A DNA stretch of 62,026 bases from an uncultured Nitrospira sp. (lineage in GTDB: Bacteria; Nitrospirota; Nitrospiria; Nitrospirales; Nitrospiraceae): positions 1 to 62,026 of the forward strand of contig CABVRR010000002.1 in assembly GCA_902500705.1 (NCBI GenBank). The letters run 5' to 3'. This document shows positions 8,916 through 19,353 of this stretch, one piece after another. The notes below the pieces were generated by a model that was given only the letters and a program-made list of their open reading frames with translations, was not told the DNA's origin and did not search any database. The position numbers and the translations under genes are program-made. Each line of letters starts with the position of its first letter. Positions within the stretch are counted from its first letter, which is position 1.

Positions 8916-9008
8916 CCACTCAACCATCTTGCCTACAGATACGTACCTATCGTTGTGTTATGATCCAACCCGAACCTGCACCTCACCTTCAGCATAAAGG
9001 AGCTTCAC

Positions 9009-9329
9009 ATGTGGACATACGTACGTACGCTCACGTTTGTGTTGTGCATTCTCGGTCTCGGAGCAACTCCGTTCGCCGTGGCCGCACCGGCCCAGCAAAA
9101 TAAGATGAAAGCGTGTAATGAACAGGCGAATGGGAAAGGGTTTGGTGAGGGGAAAGGCGACGAACGGAAGGCCTTTATGAAGGAATGTCTCTCCGCCAAG
9201 TCGGAGAAAAGCGGAGGCGGCAAGGGGACTCAGCAGAACAAGATGAAGACCTGTAATAAAGAGGCGGGGGAGCAGCAGCTCAAGGGCGATGAACGGAAGA
9301 AATTCATGAGCGACTGTCTCTCGGCATAG
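9009..9329 (+). CDS. psiF: PsiF-repeat periplasmic protein
   Basis: SD AAGGAG; signal peptide; two copies of QQNKMKxCN...KGDERKxFMxxCLS. Confidence 0.9.
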   Translation: MWTYVRTLTFVLCILGLGATPFAVAAPAQQNKMKACNEQANGKGFGEGKGDERKAFMKECLSAKSEKSGGGKGTQQNKMKTCNKEAGEQQLKGDERKKFMSDCLSA

Positions 9330-9338
9330 CCTTCTGAT

Positions 9339-9365
9339 TCCGGCGCGGCATCACGCCGCGCCGGA
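9339..9365. terminator. GC-rich hairpin between convergent psiF and cysE, probably a bidirectional terminator
   Basis: TCCGGCGCGGC-atcac-GCCGCGCCGGA, 11-bp perfect stem; U-tract weak. Confidence 0.65.
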
Positions 9366-9402
9366 TTGATATGATCAACCAGCCATTTTCTAGAAATACC
9401 CG

Positions 9403-10053
9403 TTATGGACGAGACAGCTTATCTCGATTTTCCAGCTTTGTACGGAGTTCGATCAATTCTTCTTCGAGCGCTAGGAACCGATCGCTGATGGGGTCCGGCA
9501 GATTCACCTGATCCATCGTCGCGTCCGGTAAGCGTTCGCCTTGTGTCTTGATCACGCGAGCCGGCACACCGATGACCGTAGAATCAGGAGGAACATTCTT
9601 CAACACGACGGAGTTGGCTCCGATTTTCACGTTGTCACTGATGGTAATCCCCCCGAGAATCTTGGCCCCGGCACCCACCACGACGTGATTGCCCAATGTC
9701 GGATGTCGTTTACCGCGCTCCTTTCCTGTCCCACCCAGCGTCACCCCTTGAAAGAGTGTCACGTAATCACCGATCTCTGCCGTCTCGCCAACCACCACTC
9801 CCATTCCATGGTCGATGAAGAAACCACTCCCTATTTTGGCTGAGGGATGGATTTCTATGCCAGTCAACCATCGGGCCAACTGCGAAATGACGCGCGGAAG
9901 AATCGGAACCTCATGTCCTTTCAACCAATGTGCGACGCGATAGGCCAGCAGCGCATGAAATCCGGCATAAGTAAGGATCACTTCCAGCTTACTGGTCGCA
10001 GCCGGATCTCGATCAAAAACCGCCTGGAGATCTCGTTTGATTTCAGTCCACAT
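9403..10053 (-). CDS. cysE: Serine O-acetyltransferase
   Basis: [41 protein letters not shown]. Confidence 0.96.
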   Translation of the reverse strand: MWTEIKRDLQAVFDRDPAATSKLEVILTYAGFHALLAYRVAHWLKGHEVPILPRVISQLARWLTGIEIHPSAKIGSGFFIDHGMGVVVGETAEIGDYVTLFQGVTLGGTGKERGKRHPTLGNHVVVGAGAKILGGITISDNVKIGANSVVLKNVPPDSTVIGVPARVIKTQGERLPDATMDQVNLPDPISDRFLALEEELIELRTKLENRDKLSRP

Positions 10054-10075
10054 GAGAATTGGTCATCGTACGTCC

Positions 10076-10561
10076 TCAGGTCGGTTCGATCACACACACG
10101 GCATGAGCGATCATCCCTTCTTCGTGTCCGACCGCATCCAAGCCTTCACCGCTCTTCACCTTCACATTGACCGAATCGAGATCAAGATTGGCCGTTTCTG
10201 CAATTTTCTTCTGCATTGCCGGAAGATAAGAAGCAAGCCGGGGGGCCTGCGCCACAATCACGGTGTCGATGTTTCCCACCCGGTACCCTTTCGCCTTCAG
10301 TTTTCCCATAACATCTTCCAACAGTTTCACGCTTGAGATCCCCTTATACTTGGGATCCGAACTCGGGTAATGCCGACCAAGATCTCCTTCTCCCATAGCT
10401 CCCAACAGAGCATCGCACACCGCGTGGATCAGAACATCAGAATCAGAATGGCCCAGCAACCCTTTCGTATGGGGGATTTCAATTCCGCCTACTATCAATT
10501 TGCGGTCCGGGCCGAGCGGATGGACATCATAGCCATATCCGATACGAGATCCTTTTGTCAT
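10076..10561 (-). CDS. ispF: 2-C-methyl-D-erythritol 2,4-cyclodiphosphate synthase
   Basis: RIGYGYDVH, GHSDSDVLIHA; ATG 10561 overlaps the ispD stop (ATGA). Confidence 0.96.
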   Translation of the reverse strand: MTKGSRIGYGYDVHPLGPDRKLIVGGIEIPHTKGLLGHSDSDVLIHAVCDALLGAMGEGDLGRHYPSSDPKYKGISSVKLLEDVMGKLKAKGYRVGNIDTVIVAQAPRLASYLPAMQKKIAETANLDLDSVNVKVKSGEGLDAVGHEEGMIAHAVCVIEPT

Positions 10562-11277
10562 ACCGATCCTTTCATATGCTCTGAACGGCGCGATGCCAAG
10601 ATCGCTTCCCCGATCACCATGTCTTCCGGCCTTGTCACCTTGATATTCTCTCCGCTTCCTTCGACAACAACCACCGGGTGACCGGCCCACTCAAATAAGA
10701 ATGCGTCATCAGTGGCATGCACACCCTCCGCATGGGCTTTACGATGGACATCCAACAACCGATCACGTCGGAATGCTTGCGGTGTCTGAGCCAGCCAGAG
10801 CGGTCTCCGATCGACCGTCCGTTCAATGTGATGGCCCATTCCAACCTGTTTGACGGTATCACGCATCGGCAAGGCCACAATGGCCCCGCCCACGCGGCGA
10901 GCCGACTCGACTACCTCCGTCACCATGAGCTCCGTCAAAAACGGTCGCACCGCATCATGCACGACTACGATCTCCGTCTCCACGGGCACATGTTCAAGCG
11001 CGTGTCTCACGGAATCCTGGCGTTCTTTACCACCTGCTACCACTTTCGTGATTTTTGAAAACCCAAACCGAACGGCAAGATCGTTGAGGCAATAGTCGAG
11101 GTCAGCCTGCGGTACAGCCAAGATGATCTGATCAATGGCAGGAGAACTCTGAAGAACACGAAGCGAGTGGACGACCAGCGGCTCACCGCTCAAGGCCAAA
11201 AACTGCTTGGGAACGGCGCCGCCCATGCGAAGTCCACGTCCGGCGGCTGGGACAAGAGCCACAGTACGGCTATTCAC
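10558..11277 (-). CDS. ispD: 2-C-methyl-D-erythritol 4-phosphate cytidylyltransferase
   Basis: PAAGRGLRM...PKQF, GGKERQDSV, VHDAVRP, QTPQAF, TDDA, NIKVTRPED. Confidence 0.96.
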   Translation of the reverse strand: MNSRTVALVPAAGRGLRMGGAVPKQFLALSGEPLVVHSLRVLQSSPAIDQIILAVPQADLDYCLNDLAVRFGFSKITKVVAGGKERQDSVRHALEHVPVETEIVVVHDAVRPFLTELMVTEVVESARRVGGAIVALPMRDTVKQVGMGHHIERTVDRRPLWLAQTPQAFRRDRLLDVHRKAHAEGVHATDDAFLFEWAGHPVVVVEGSGENIKVTRPEDMVIGEAILASRRSEHMKGSV

Positions 11278-11381
11278 GACTGGAGTCTTGGCGATCCTTA
11301 CTCATCGTAGGAAACAGACGAAGACACGTTGCCCTCGCAACTTGCCCGTACTATGCCAACCTTAACGTTCACAACAGACTC

Positions 11382-12938
11382 TCATGGACGAAGCGTCAGG
11401 TAGATCGTCCGCCCTTGCCGTTTCAGCAAGAGTAAGACCGCTTGATCTTTCGGCAACTTGCTGGCGATCCGTTCAAAGATCTTCACCGATGTCACGGTTT
11501 GACGATTCACTTCAAGGAGGATATCGCCTTCCCGAACACCCAGCTCCTCAGCCGTGCTCTCGGACTTGACTCGAACGATCACCACGCCTCGATCACTCGA
11601 CTTCAGTCCATACCGACTCGCCAATTCTTCGGTCAAGTCTCGAACCTCAAAGCTGGACAGCACACCAGTCGAGGCGGACGATTCCCCTCCATCATCTTCA
11701 CCGCTCTGTGACATCGACTTGGGCTGCTCGACAATGGTGAGATCGACCGTTTTAGGTTTTTTATCTCGGATGAGCTTAACTGCAACTTTCTTTCCGACCG
11801 GTGTTTGCGCCACGGCGTTCCGCAAGTGAGTCGGTGAATCCATGGGCTTCCCATCGTACTCGACGATGACGTCGGCTCGTTCGAATCCGGCCTTCTTTGC
11901 CGGGCTGTCATCCATGACATCGCTGACGAGCACACCCTTTGTTTCCGTAACGCCGAACTGAGAGGCCAGTTCAGGCGTCAACTCTTGGATAGAGACTCCG
12001 AGCCAACCTCGAACGACTTTTCCGGTTTGCACGAGCTGATTCATAACGGACTGGGCCATATTGCTCGGAACAGCAAAACCAATCCCCATGTTTCCACCGC
12101 TCTGACTAAAGATGGCTGTATTGATCCCGACCAGCTCACCCCGCACATTAACCAAGGCTCCACCGGAGTTACCAGGGTTGATGGCTGCGTCCGTCTGGAT
12201 AAAGTCTTCGTACTCTGCGATACCTGCAGCCCGCCCAAGGGCGCTGACAATCCCCAGAGTGACGGTCTGTGTCAGACCGAACGGATTTCCAACAGCCAGG
12301 ACGAACTCTCCGACCTCGAGTTTGTCCGAGTCCGCCCAGGCGACGGCCGGAAGCCCTGTCGCATCGATCTTGACGACGGCCACATCAGTTTTCGGATCCG
12401 TGCCGATCAGTTTCGCTTTGAATTCACGCTTATCCGATAGGGTAACGCGAATATCATCCGCCTTGCTGACCACGTGGTTATTGGTGATGATGAGTCCACT
12501 TGACTCCACAATCACGCCGGATCCCAACCCTCGCTCTTTTCGTTCCTTCGGGTGTTCGAACTTCCGGAAGAACTCATCGCCGAAAAACTTTCTAAACAAT
12601 GGGTCGTCGAACGGGGTTGAGCCGGAACCATCCGCACGTCCGCTCTTGGTCGCATAAATATTCACGACCGCCGGTTTTACCGACTTGGCAATGTCCACGA
12701 ACGTCTGGTTGCTCCCGCTCAGGATGGGCTGGGGCGCGGTCGAAACAGGTCTGGCGATAGGAGGTTGAGCAACGGAAGAGGAATCAGGGACCGCATGTCC
12801 CGTCGGCAACCAGCCGAGGTCCGAAGCCACCACAAATCCAATAATGATCCCAGCCGTCAACAAGGTGGCGGCAACCAGCCAACGTCTGGTCTTCTGCGGA
12901 GGTTTCGGGTCAACATCAAATGGATTCATGGTGTTCAT
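11382..12938 (-). CDS. degP: Do/DegQ (HtrA) family serine protease with two PDZ domains
   Basis: TNNHV, TDVAV and QTDAAINPGNSGG catalytic motifs; RGWLGV PDZ1 and a second PDZ. Confidence 0.93.
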   Translation of the reverse strand: MNTMNPFDVDPKPPQKTRRWLVAATLLTAGIIIGFVVASDLGWLPTGHAVPDSSSVAQPPIARPVSTAPQPILSGSNQTFVDIAKSVKPAVVNIYATKSGRADGSGSTPFDDPLFRKFFGDEFFRKFEHPKERKERGLGSGVIVESSGLIITNNHVVSKADDIRVTLSDKREFKAKLIGTDPKTDVAVVKIDATGLPAVAWADSDKLEVGEFVLAVGNPFGLTQTVTLGIVSALGRAAGIAEYEDFIQTDAAINPGNSGGALVNVRGELVGINTAIFSQSGGNMGIGFAVPSNMAQSVMNQLVQTGKVVRGWLGVSIQELTPELASQFGVTETKGVLVSDVMDDSPAKKAGFERADVIVEYDGKPMDSPTHLRNAVAQTPVGKKVAVKLIRDKKPKTVDLTIVEQPKSMSQSGEDDGGESSASTGVLSSFEVRDLTEELASRYGLKSSDRGVVIVRVKSESTAEELGVREGDILLEVNRQTVTSVKIFERIASKLPKDQAVLLLLKRQGRTIYLTLRP

Positions 12939-12963
12939 TCACTTTTTTAAGACTGCGCGCGGC

Positions 12964-13887
12964 TTACTGAACCTCGCCGCTGTAAATCCCCATAATGTTT
13001 TGAAGAAACTTGATGGCTTCCGCCTTCGGACGCTGGAAGGAGTTTCGACCGATGATGCTCCCGAATCCTCCCCCGCTCCGTATGGCCCGTGCCTCTTCGA
13101 ACACATTCTTATCCTCGCTCTTGGCTCCGCCTGAAAAGATCACGATTCGGCGGCCATCAAACGAACTCTGCACGACATGCTTGACCCGTTCCGCCAACGT
13201 CTTGATGGGGATCTGTTCGGCGTCATACACTTTTTTTGCCGCCGGTTGTTCGAGATGCGCGCTTGGCAGCTTGACCTTGATCACATGGGCGCCGAGTTGA
13301 GCCGCAATCTGCGCCGCATAGGCAACCACATCTATTGCTGTCTCACCTTCTTTACTCAAGACCGATCCACGCGGATAGGACCACACCACGACCGCGAGGC
13401 CGTTGTCTTTTGCCTCTTCGGCAATCGCCCGCAGTTGCTCATACATCGCGTTGCAATGGGAAGACCCTGGGTAAATGGTAAACCCAACGGCCGAACAACC
13501 TAAACGCAGCGCATCCTTCACGCTGCCGGTCACCGACGGCAGCGGATCCTTCTCGTCATGCAACACATCGTGATTGTTAAGTTTGAGGATGAGAGGTATT
13601 TGACCTGCGAACTCACTCGCACCGGCCTCCAAAAATCCCAGAGGGGCGGCATAGGCGTTACATCCGGCATCGATCGCGAGCTGAAAATGATAGTGCGGAT
13701 TGTACCCAGATGGGTTCAGTGCGAAACTCCTCGCAGGCCCATGCTCGAACCCCTGGTCTACCGGTAAAATAACTAATTTTCCGGTCCCCGCTAATTTCCC
13801 GGACCGCAGCAGTCGAGCGATGTTGGCCTTCGTCCCGGCATTATCACTCCCGTACCAGCTGAGAATTTCTTGGACTCGATCTCCCAT
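12964..13887 (-). CDS. fbaB: Class I fructose-bisphosphate aldolase (DhnA/FbaB type)
   Basis: ILPVDQGFEHGP, AVGFTIYPGS, WSYPRG, IKVK, IIGRNSFQRP. Confidence 0.92.
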   Translation of the reverse strand: MGDRVQEILSWYGSDNAGTKANIARLLRSGKLAGTGKLVILPVDQGFEHGPARSFALNPSGYNPHYHFQLAIDAGCNAYAAPLGFLEAGASEFAGQIPLILKLNNHDVLHDEKDPLPSVTGSVKDALRLGCSAVGFTIYPGSSHCNAMYEQLRAIAEEAKDNGLAVVVWSYPRGSVLSKEGETAIDVVAYAAQIAAQLGAHVIKVKLPSAHLEQPAAKKVYDAEQIPIKTLAERVKHVVQSSFDGRRIVIFSGGAKSEDKNVFEEARAIRSGGGFGSIIGRNSFQRPKAEAIKFLQNIMGIYSGEVQ

Positions 13888-13929
13888 GATTTCCTCCCAA
13901 CAACATCACATTATCATATGCGCGAGTAC

Positions 13930-14934
13930 CTAAGCTTGTCCCTGGATGTACGCTTCCGCCTGCTCGACATCGCGACGGCTTCCGATGATCAACGGCACGC
14001 GTTGATGCAATTTCTTGGGCTCCACTTCCAAAATCCTTGCTGTGCCCGTCGAGGCCTTCCCGCCGGCTTGTTCGACGACAAATGCCAGAGGATTCGCCTC
14101 ATAGAGCAGCCGAAGTTTTCCCTCAGGCTTGTCGACTTCGCCTGGATAGAGATAGATGCCGCCGCCGAGAAGTAAACGATGCACATCGGCCACCAAACAG
14201 CCTGAATACCGAGCGCTGTAGGGACGGCCGGTTGCCTTGTCACTGACCTTGAGTGAATCCAAGTACTTCTGTGTTCCCTTCGACCATTTGTTATAGTTCC
14301 CCTCGTTGGCCGCATAGACTCTGCCTGTTTCAGGAATTTTGATCTGTTCGTGTGAGAGGAGATATTCCCCGATGTCTGGTTCGAGCGTAAACCCATACAC
14401 TCCTTGCCCGACGGTATAGACCAACATCGTACTTGATCCGTACAGCAGATACCCGGCCGCGACTTGTTCGGTCCCCCGGCGTATCAATTCCCCCTCAGTG
14501 GGTAAACGATCAGCCCGGCCGTACTTGAGCACGGAAAAAATAGCGCCGAGCGGCATATTATTGTCCGTATTGGAGGAGCCGTCGAGGGGATCGAACAACA
14601 GCATGTACGTGCCATGCGGCCAATTGCCCGGCAATGAGATCGGCTTTTCCATTTCTTCGGAAGCCAAGGCACAGACATAACCGCTGTGCTGAAAAACTTT
14701 GACGAAGTCATCGTTCGCGATGGCGTCCAGCTTCTTGACCGTTTCTCCCTGCACATTTGTGTCACCGGTCGTTCCAAGGATGTTGAGCAACCCGGCACGC
14801 CGAAGATCTTGCGAGATGAGCTTGCCGACCAGACCAATCTGGGTCAACAAACTGGAGAACTCCTCTGTCGCATCTTGGTGCGAGGCCTGATTCTGAATGA
14901 TAAAGCGGCTTAAGGTAAGGGGAAACTCTCTCAT
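13930..14934 (-). CDS. fbp: Class 1 fructose-1,6-bisphosphatase
   Basis: NVQGETVKKLD, ASEE, FDPLDGSSN, RYSGCLVADVHR, GKLRLLYEANP. Confidence 0.96.
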   Translation of the reverse strand: MREFPLTLSRFIIQNQASHQDATEEFSSLLTQIGLVGKLISQDLRRAGLLNILGTTGDTNVQGETVKKLDAIANDDFVKVFQHSGYVCALASEEMEKPISLPGNWPHGTYMLLFDPLDGSSNTDNNMPLGAIFSVLKYGRADRLPTEGELIRRGTEQVAAGYLLYGSSTMLVYTVGQGVYGFTLEPDIGEYLLSHEQIKIPETGRVYAANEGNYNKWSKGTQKYLDSLKVSDKATGRPYSARYSGCLVADVHRLLLGGGIYLYPGEVDKPEGKLRLLYEANPLAFVVEQAGGKASTGTARILEVEPKKLHQRVPLIIGSRRDVEQAEAYIQGQA

Positions 14935-14984
14935 GGCGATGCTCAGTATAGCGGGTTTCCCCCGCATGAACAATAATCTCTATC

Positions 14985-15821
14985 TCAAGACTTCTGCTCG
15001 ATGGACTCGACTCCCGCCGAGCTGTCGACTAAATCCGCGACGATTGATCCGAGCACAACCTTGGCCTTCATCCGAACAGGAGTCTTCCGTTCATCATTCG
15101 TGACCCACACACGGATGTTGCCCTGATTCATGAACAGTCCCTGAAACGGCATGATCACAAGCACTCGGATGGTCTCCGCCTTCCCCCACGTCCCTTCAAT
15201 CGTCTCGATCGCCTCGACTCGAACCTCGACCGGGCGATTTTTCTTGTCATGATACACATTCATTTTGAGTGAAGCCCCAGGCGTGGGCGGCAACATGGTA
15301 CGCGTATAGTACAAGCATGACATGATATCCTGCGTCCCGGCCGGGATCGAAAGCGACTCCGTCGTCCCTCCCCTGAGGGCCGTGACCATGCCCTCTTTGT
15401 GATGGAAGACATACTCGATATCTTCTTTCTTTTTGCCTTCGCGCCGACGGAACGTCATATGCTCCGGAGTCAGCGTCTCTAAGTCCAGTTCTGATTCCAC
15501 GCGATTGTCGACAGGGAAAAACTTGGTAATCATCGGTGTGGATTGCGCAGTACCCACCAGTTTCGCGACGGCTTGCTCTTTCGGCCCATCCATTTTGGCG
15601 ACCTCCATCACCGCAATCGCCGCAGGAAGATTGAGCCAGGACACCTCGTAGATCAACCGTTCTCCGACTTGAAACGGTCGCTTCGCCTGAGTGTGCGATT
15701 CAGTTTCGATGGAGTCTGCAGCGCAGGGTGAAAGAACGATCACACCGGCAATGAGGATAAACCAGCCTGTTTGCGCAAGACGAAGGACCCAACCAGGCCA
15801 CACAGAAACAGAAGTCAGCAC
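14985..15821 (-). CDS. DUF3108-like exported protein
   Basis: N-terminal hydrophobic segment; PFQVGERLIYEVSW and VWVTNDERKTPVRMKAKVVLGS; start uncertain. Confidence 0.7.
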   Translation of the reverse strand: MLTSVSVWPGWVLRLAQTGWFILIAGVIVLSPCAADSIETESHTQAKRPFQVGERLIYEVSWLNLPAAIAVMEVAKMDGPKEQAVAKLVGTAQSTPMITKFFPVDNRVESELDLETLTPEHMTFRRREGKKKEDIEYVFHHKEGMVTALRGGTTESLSIPAGTQDIMSCLYYTRTMLPPTPGASLKMNVYHDKKNRPVEVRVEAIETIEGTWGKAETIRVLVIMPFQGLFMNQGNIRVWVTNDERKTPVRMKAKVVLGSIVADLVDSSAGVESIEQKS

Positions 15822-17215
15822 CCGAATGCCCGTTTCGCCACTGCGAGTTCATCCTTGATGAACGCCTGAATGACGTTGAGCTGTGCCGACGAGGTCGCTT
15901 CAAATCTCAGAACCAAGGCCGGTTGAGTATTGGACGCCCTGATCAGCCCCCACCCATCGTCGAATATCGCACGAACCCCGTCGATCGTAATCAGGTTTTG
16001 AATCACCAGTTCCTTCGGCCCAAGCTTCTGCTTGGTCTCTGCATACTCAGTGAATCGCTCGCGGATCCGCTCAACGACATCAAACTTGACGGCATCAGGA
16101 AGATCCACGCGTATTTCGGGTGTGACGACAGACCGAGGCAGATCCGACACTAAGGCCGAAAGCGGCTGTTGCGCCTGTGCCAAAATTTCCACGAGCCGGC
16201 ACGACGCATAAACGGCATCATCGTATCCGAAATACCGATCCGCAAAAAACATGTGCCCGGACATTTCACCGGCTAAGACCGCCGCCTCTTCTTTCATTTT
16301 CGCTTTAATCAATGAATGACCGGTCTTCCACATGACGGCGCGTCCACCGCGCTTGGCAATGTCATCATAGAGACTCTGTGAAGCCTTCACTTCAGAGATG
16401 ATAGTGCTGCCGGGTTTCACTGCCAGGATGTCACGCGCGTAGAGAACCAACAGCCGATCCCCCCACAACACATGGCCCTGCTCATCGACAGTCCCGATTC
16501 GGTCTGCATCGCCGTCATACCCGATTCCTACATCGGCCCCAGAATCCTTCACCGCCCGCATAAGATCGGAGAGATTCTCCAGGACCGTAGGATCCGGATG
16601 GTGATTGGGGAAGCGCCCGTCCAACTCGCAATATAACCCCGTCACCCGACATCCCAACAATTCAAGCGCTTCTTTGGCAACCAGCGCAGCCGCGCCGTTC
16701 CCGCTGTCAATCACGACATGGAGTCGGTTCGCGTGGACATGAGCGAAGCTTGTCTTGATATATGCCAGATAGTCGGGAATGATCGGATGTTCGGAGAGAC
16801 GCCCATTCCCTGACACAAACACCCCTTTTTCCATCACTCTTCGAAGTTCTTGAATTTCTTCTCCATGGATGGCCGTCTTCCCGACACAGATTTTGAACCC
16901 GTTATACTCTGCGGCGTTATGACTTCCGGTAATCATAATGCCGCCGTCGACCGGCAGGGTAAACAATGAAAAATAGACCAAGGGTGAGGGACACACTCCG
17001 ATGTCGATGACATTGAGCCCGCCGGCAAGCAACCCTTTCAGAAGCGCCTTGTGGAGGGATGGGGAGCTCAACCGACCATCGCGCCCCACACTGATCGTGC
17101 TCACTCCACGGGTGCTCACATAGGTGGAATAGGCTCGGCCAAATCGCTCCGCTATATCCTCGGTCAATTCGCTGCCGACAATTCCGCGAAGATCATATTC
17201 TCGAAATAGCCCCAC
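15815..17215 (-). CDS. algC: Phosphomannomutase/phosphoglucomutase
   Basis: FREYDLRG, ITGSHN, DGDADR, GEMSGH, RASNTQP. Confidence 0.93.
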   Translation of the reverse strand: MGLFREYDLRGIVGSELTEDIAERFGRAYSTYVSTRGVSTISVGRDGRLSSPSLHKALLKGLLAGGLNVIDIGVCPSPLVYFSLFTLPVDGGIMITGSHNAAEYNGFKICVGKTAIHGEEIQELRRVMEKGVFVSGNGRLSEHPIIPDYLAYIKTSFAHVHANRLHVVIDSGNGAAALVAKEALELLGCRVTGLYCELDGRFPNHHPDPTVLENLSDLMRAVKDSGADVGIGYDGDADRIGTVDEQGHVLWGDRLLVLYARDILAVKPGSTIISEVKASQSLYDDIAKRGGRAVMWKTGHSLIKAKMKEEAAVLAGEMSGHMFFADRYFGYDDAVYASCRLVEILAQAQQPLSALVSDLPRSVVTPEIRVDLPDAVKFDVVERIRERFTEYAETKQKLGPKELVIQNLITIDGVRAIFDDGWGLIRASNTQPALVLRFEATSSAQLNVIQAFIKDELAVAKRAFGC

Positions 17216-17246
17216 GAGTCCCCTCCATCACTTTAACCTAACACTA

Positions 17247-18698
17247 TTAGCACGCTGCAATCCGACCGTAGTCATCCTTGAACCGCACAATATCATCCTC
17301 ACCGAGATAGGGCCCGTTTTGTACTTCAATAATATGTACCGTCTCCTGCCCAGGATTCTCCAATCGGTGCATAGTCTTCACCGGAATCGCCGTACTTTCG
17401 CCGACCTTCAGATCGAAGACGTCGTGATCTCTGGTGACACGCGCCGTCCCGGCGATGACAACCCAATGTTCACTCCGCTGATGATGCATCTGAAGAGAGA
17501 GTCGACCGCCGGGGTTCACCGTGACACGCTTCACCTTAAACCCAGGCCCTTCCTCTAATACGGTATAGGACCCCCATGGCCGCTGAACGGTCACATGCTC
17601 CAAATGTTCGGGAGCCTGCTGCTGCTTGAGTATGTCGACGATCTTTTTCACATCTTGGGCTCGCGACTTCGGACACACTAGGGTGGCATCCGGAGTATCT
17701 ACCACCACCATATCTTTGAGTCCGATCGTCGCGACGACACGCCGATCGGCATAGACGATCGAGTGCTCGCTCTCAACGTCGATCACCCGTCCGGTCACCA
17801 CATTACCAGCCTTATTCTTCGCGGCCACTTCGTCCAGGCTGCCCCAGCTACCGACATCCGACCATTTGAACGTCACCTGAACCACGGCAGCCTTTGAGGA
17901 TCGTTCCATCACACCCGTGTCGATCGACACAGACCTGATTGTTCGATAGATCTCGTCGACGGCCTGCTTGGGAGCCTTTGACGATTTGAGGTCTCGAATT
18001 CGATCCATCGCCTCAGCAACCGATGGTTGATATCGGCGAATCTCTTCCAAGATCGTCGCCGCACGCCAGACAAACATGCCGCTGTTCCAAAAGTAGTGCT
18101 TCGCCTTGACATATTGAGCTGCTTTCGTGGCATTCGGTTTCTCCACGAATTTCTGAACCGAGTACCCACGCAACCTGCCTTGTTTTCCCAAGAGTTTTTT
18201 GCCGTTTGGCTTAATGTAGCCATACCCGGTTTCCGGTCTGATCGGCCTGATTCCGAACGTGACTAAGTGGCCCTCTATAGCCAATTGTGAAGCCAATTGA
18301 ACCGCAGCGTCAAAATCGCGCTGACCGGTCACCACGTGGTCAGCAGGAACCACCAACATCAGGCCATCAGGATCACGGGTCAGGACTTCCATCGCGGCTA
18401 ATGCGATTGCCGGAGCCGTGTTTCGACCTTCGGGCTCAAGGACGAATCCCTCCGTCAGGTCATCTTTCCAGTCGGCTAATTGCACGCGAATCAGATCGGC
18501 CTGTGCCGCATTAGTTGAGATGAGCACATTGGAGGCCGGTGCAGATCCGAGGACACGCCGCATCGTCTGCTGAATCAGCGTATGCTCTCCGCCGATCCGC
18601 AAGAGCTGCTTCGGAAACAAGTGGCGGCTCAAGGGCCAAAATCTGGTTCCACTCCCTCCTGCCATAATCACCGGATAGAGCGCGTGGTTGCGTGCCAT
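17247..18698 (-). CDS. manC: Mannose-1-phosphate guanylyltransferase/mannose-6-phosphate isomerase
   Basis: GGSGTRFWPLSR, EPEGRNTAPA, FVEKP, WNSGMF, WSDVGSW; C-terminal cupin RPWG...SLQMHHQRSEHW. Confidence 0.95.
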   Translation of the reverse strand: MARNHALYPVIMAGGSGTRFWPLSRHLFPKQLLRIGGEHTLIQQTMRRVLGSAPASNVLISTNAAQADLIRVQLADWKDDLTEGFVLEPEGRNTAPAIALAAMEVLTRDPDGLMLVVPADHVVTGQRDFDAAVQLASQLAIEGHLVTFGIRPIRPETGYGYIKPNGKKLLGKQGRLRGYSVQKFVEKPNATKAAQYVKAKHYFWNSGMFVWRAATILEEIRRYQPSVAEAMDRIRDLKSSKAPKQAVDEIYRTIRSVSIDTGVMERSSKAAVVQVTFKWSDVGSWGSLDEVAAKNKAGNVVTGRVIDVESEHSIVYADRRVVATIGLKDMVVVDTPDATLVCPKSRAQDVKKIVDILKQQQAPEHLEHVTVQRPWGSYTVLEEGPGFKVKRVTVNPGGRLSLQMHHQRSEHWVVIAGTARVTRDHDVFDLKVGESTAIPVKTMHRLENPGQETVHIIEVQNGPYLGEDDIVRFKDDYGRIAAC

Positions 18699-18707
18699 AC
18701 CTTCTCC

Positions 18708-19244
18708 TCAGCGTCTCCGCTTTCTAGGTTTCACTTCGCTGCGGGAAAGAAGGATCATGTCAGTAAGCTCTCTCACCGCTCCCTCTCCGCCCTTGGCTCG
18801 ACATAGGTAATCGACAATCTTGACGACTTGCGGAAGCGCATCCGCAGGAGCCGCTGACAACCCCACCGCCTGCAAGGCTTCAATGTCATTGACATCATCG
18901 CCAATATACGCAACCTGCTGGAGTGAGAGGCCATGGCGTGCGGCCATGTCTCGGATCACCGATATCTTGTCCATCGCCCCCTGATGCAGTTCGGGGATGG
19001 CAAGTTTTTCCGCTCGTCTGGCCACCAATCTGGTGCGCTCCTGCGTCACGATGGCCGTGATGAGGCCGGCCCTCTGCAGCAGTTTGATCCCCATTCCATC
19101 TCGCGTATTGAACTTCTTCCACTCGTCACCCGACTCGGAATAATACATCCCCGCATCGGTGAGGACGCCGTCTACGTCGGTTGCGAACAATTTGATTTCA
19201 CGCAAGAGGCTTGTGGCAGGATTTTGCCGGGCTTTCAATTGCAC
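18708..19244 (-). CDS. kdsC: KdsC-type HAD phosphatase (KDO 8-phosphate phosphatase family)
   Basis: DVDGVLTD, FNTRDGMG, YIGDDVND, GGEGAVRE; GTG 19244 start inferred. Confidence 0.85.
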   Translation of the reverse strand: MQLKARQNPATSLLREIKLFATDVDGVLTDAGMYYSESGDEWKKFNTRDGMGIKLLQRAGLITAIVTQERTRLVARRAEKLAIPELHQGAMDKISVIRDMAARHGLSLQQVAYIGDDVNDIEALQAVGLSAAPADALPQVVKIVDYLCRAKGGEGAVRELTDMILLSRSEVKPRKRRR

Positions 19245-19353
19245 ACGCTTATCACAATAAGAAGAGCTGAGCGCTCTGGCAAAGAGAACGGAGCGCCATC
19301 TTAGCGACTCCCAGGAGCATTGCAAGGGTTTTTTGACCGAGCAGAGCGGTCGC

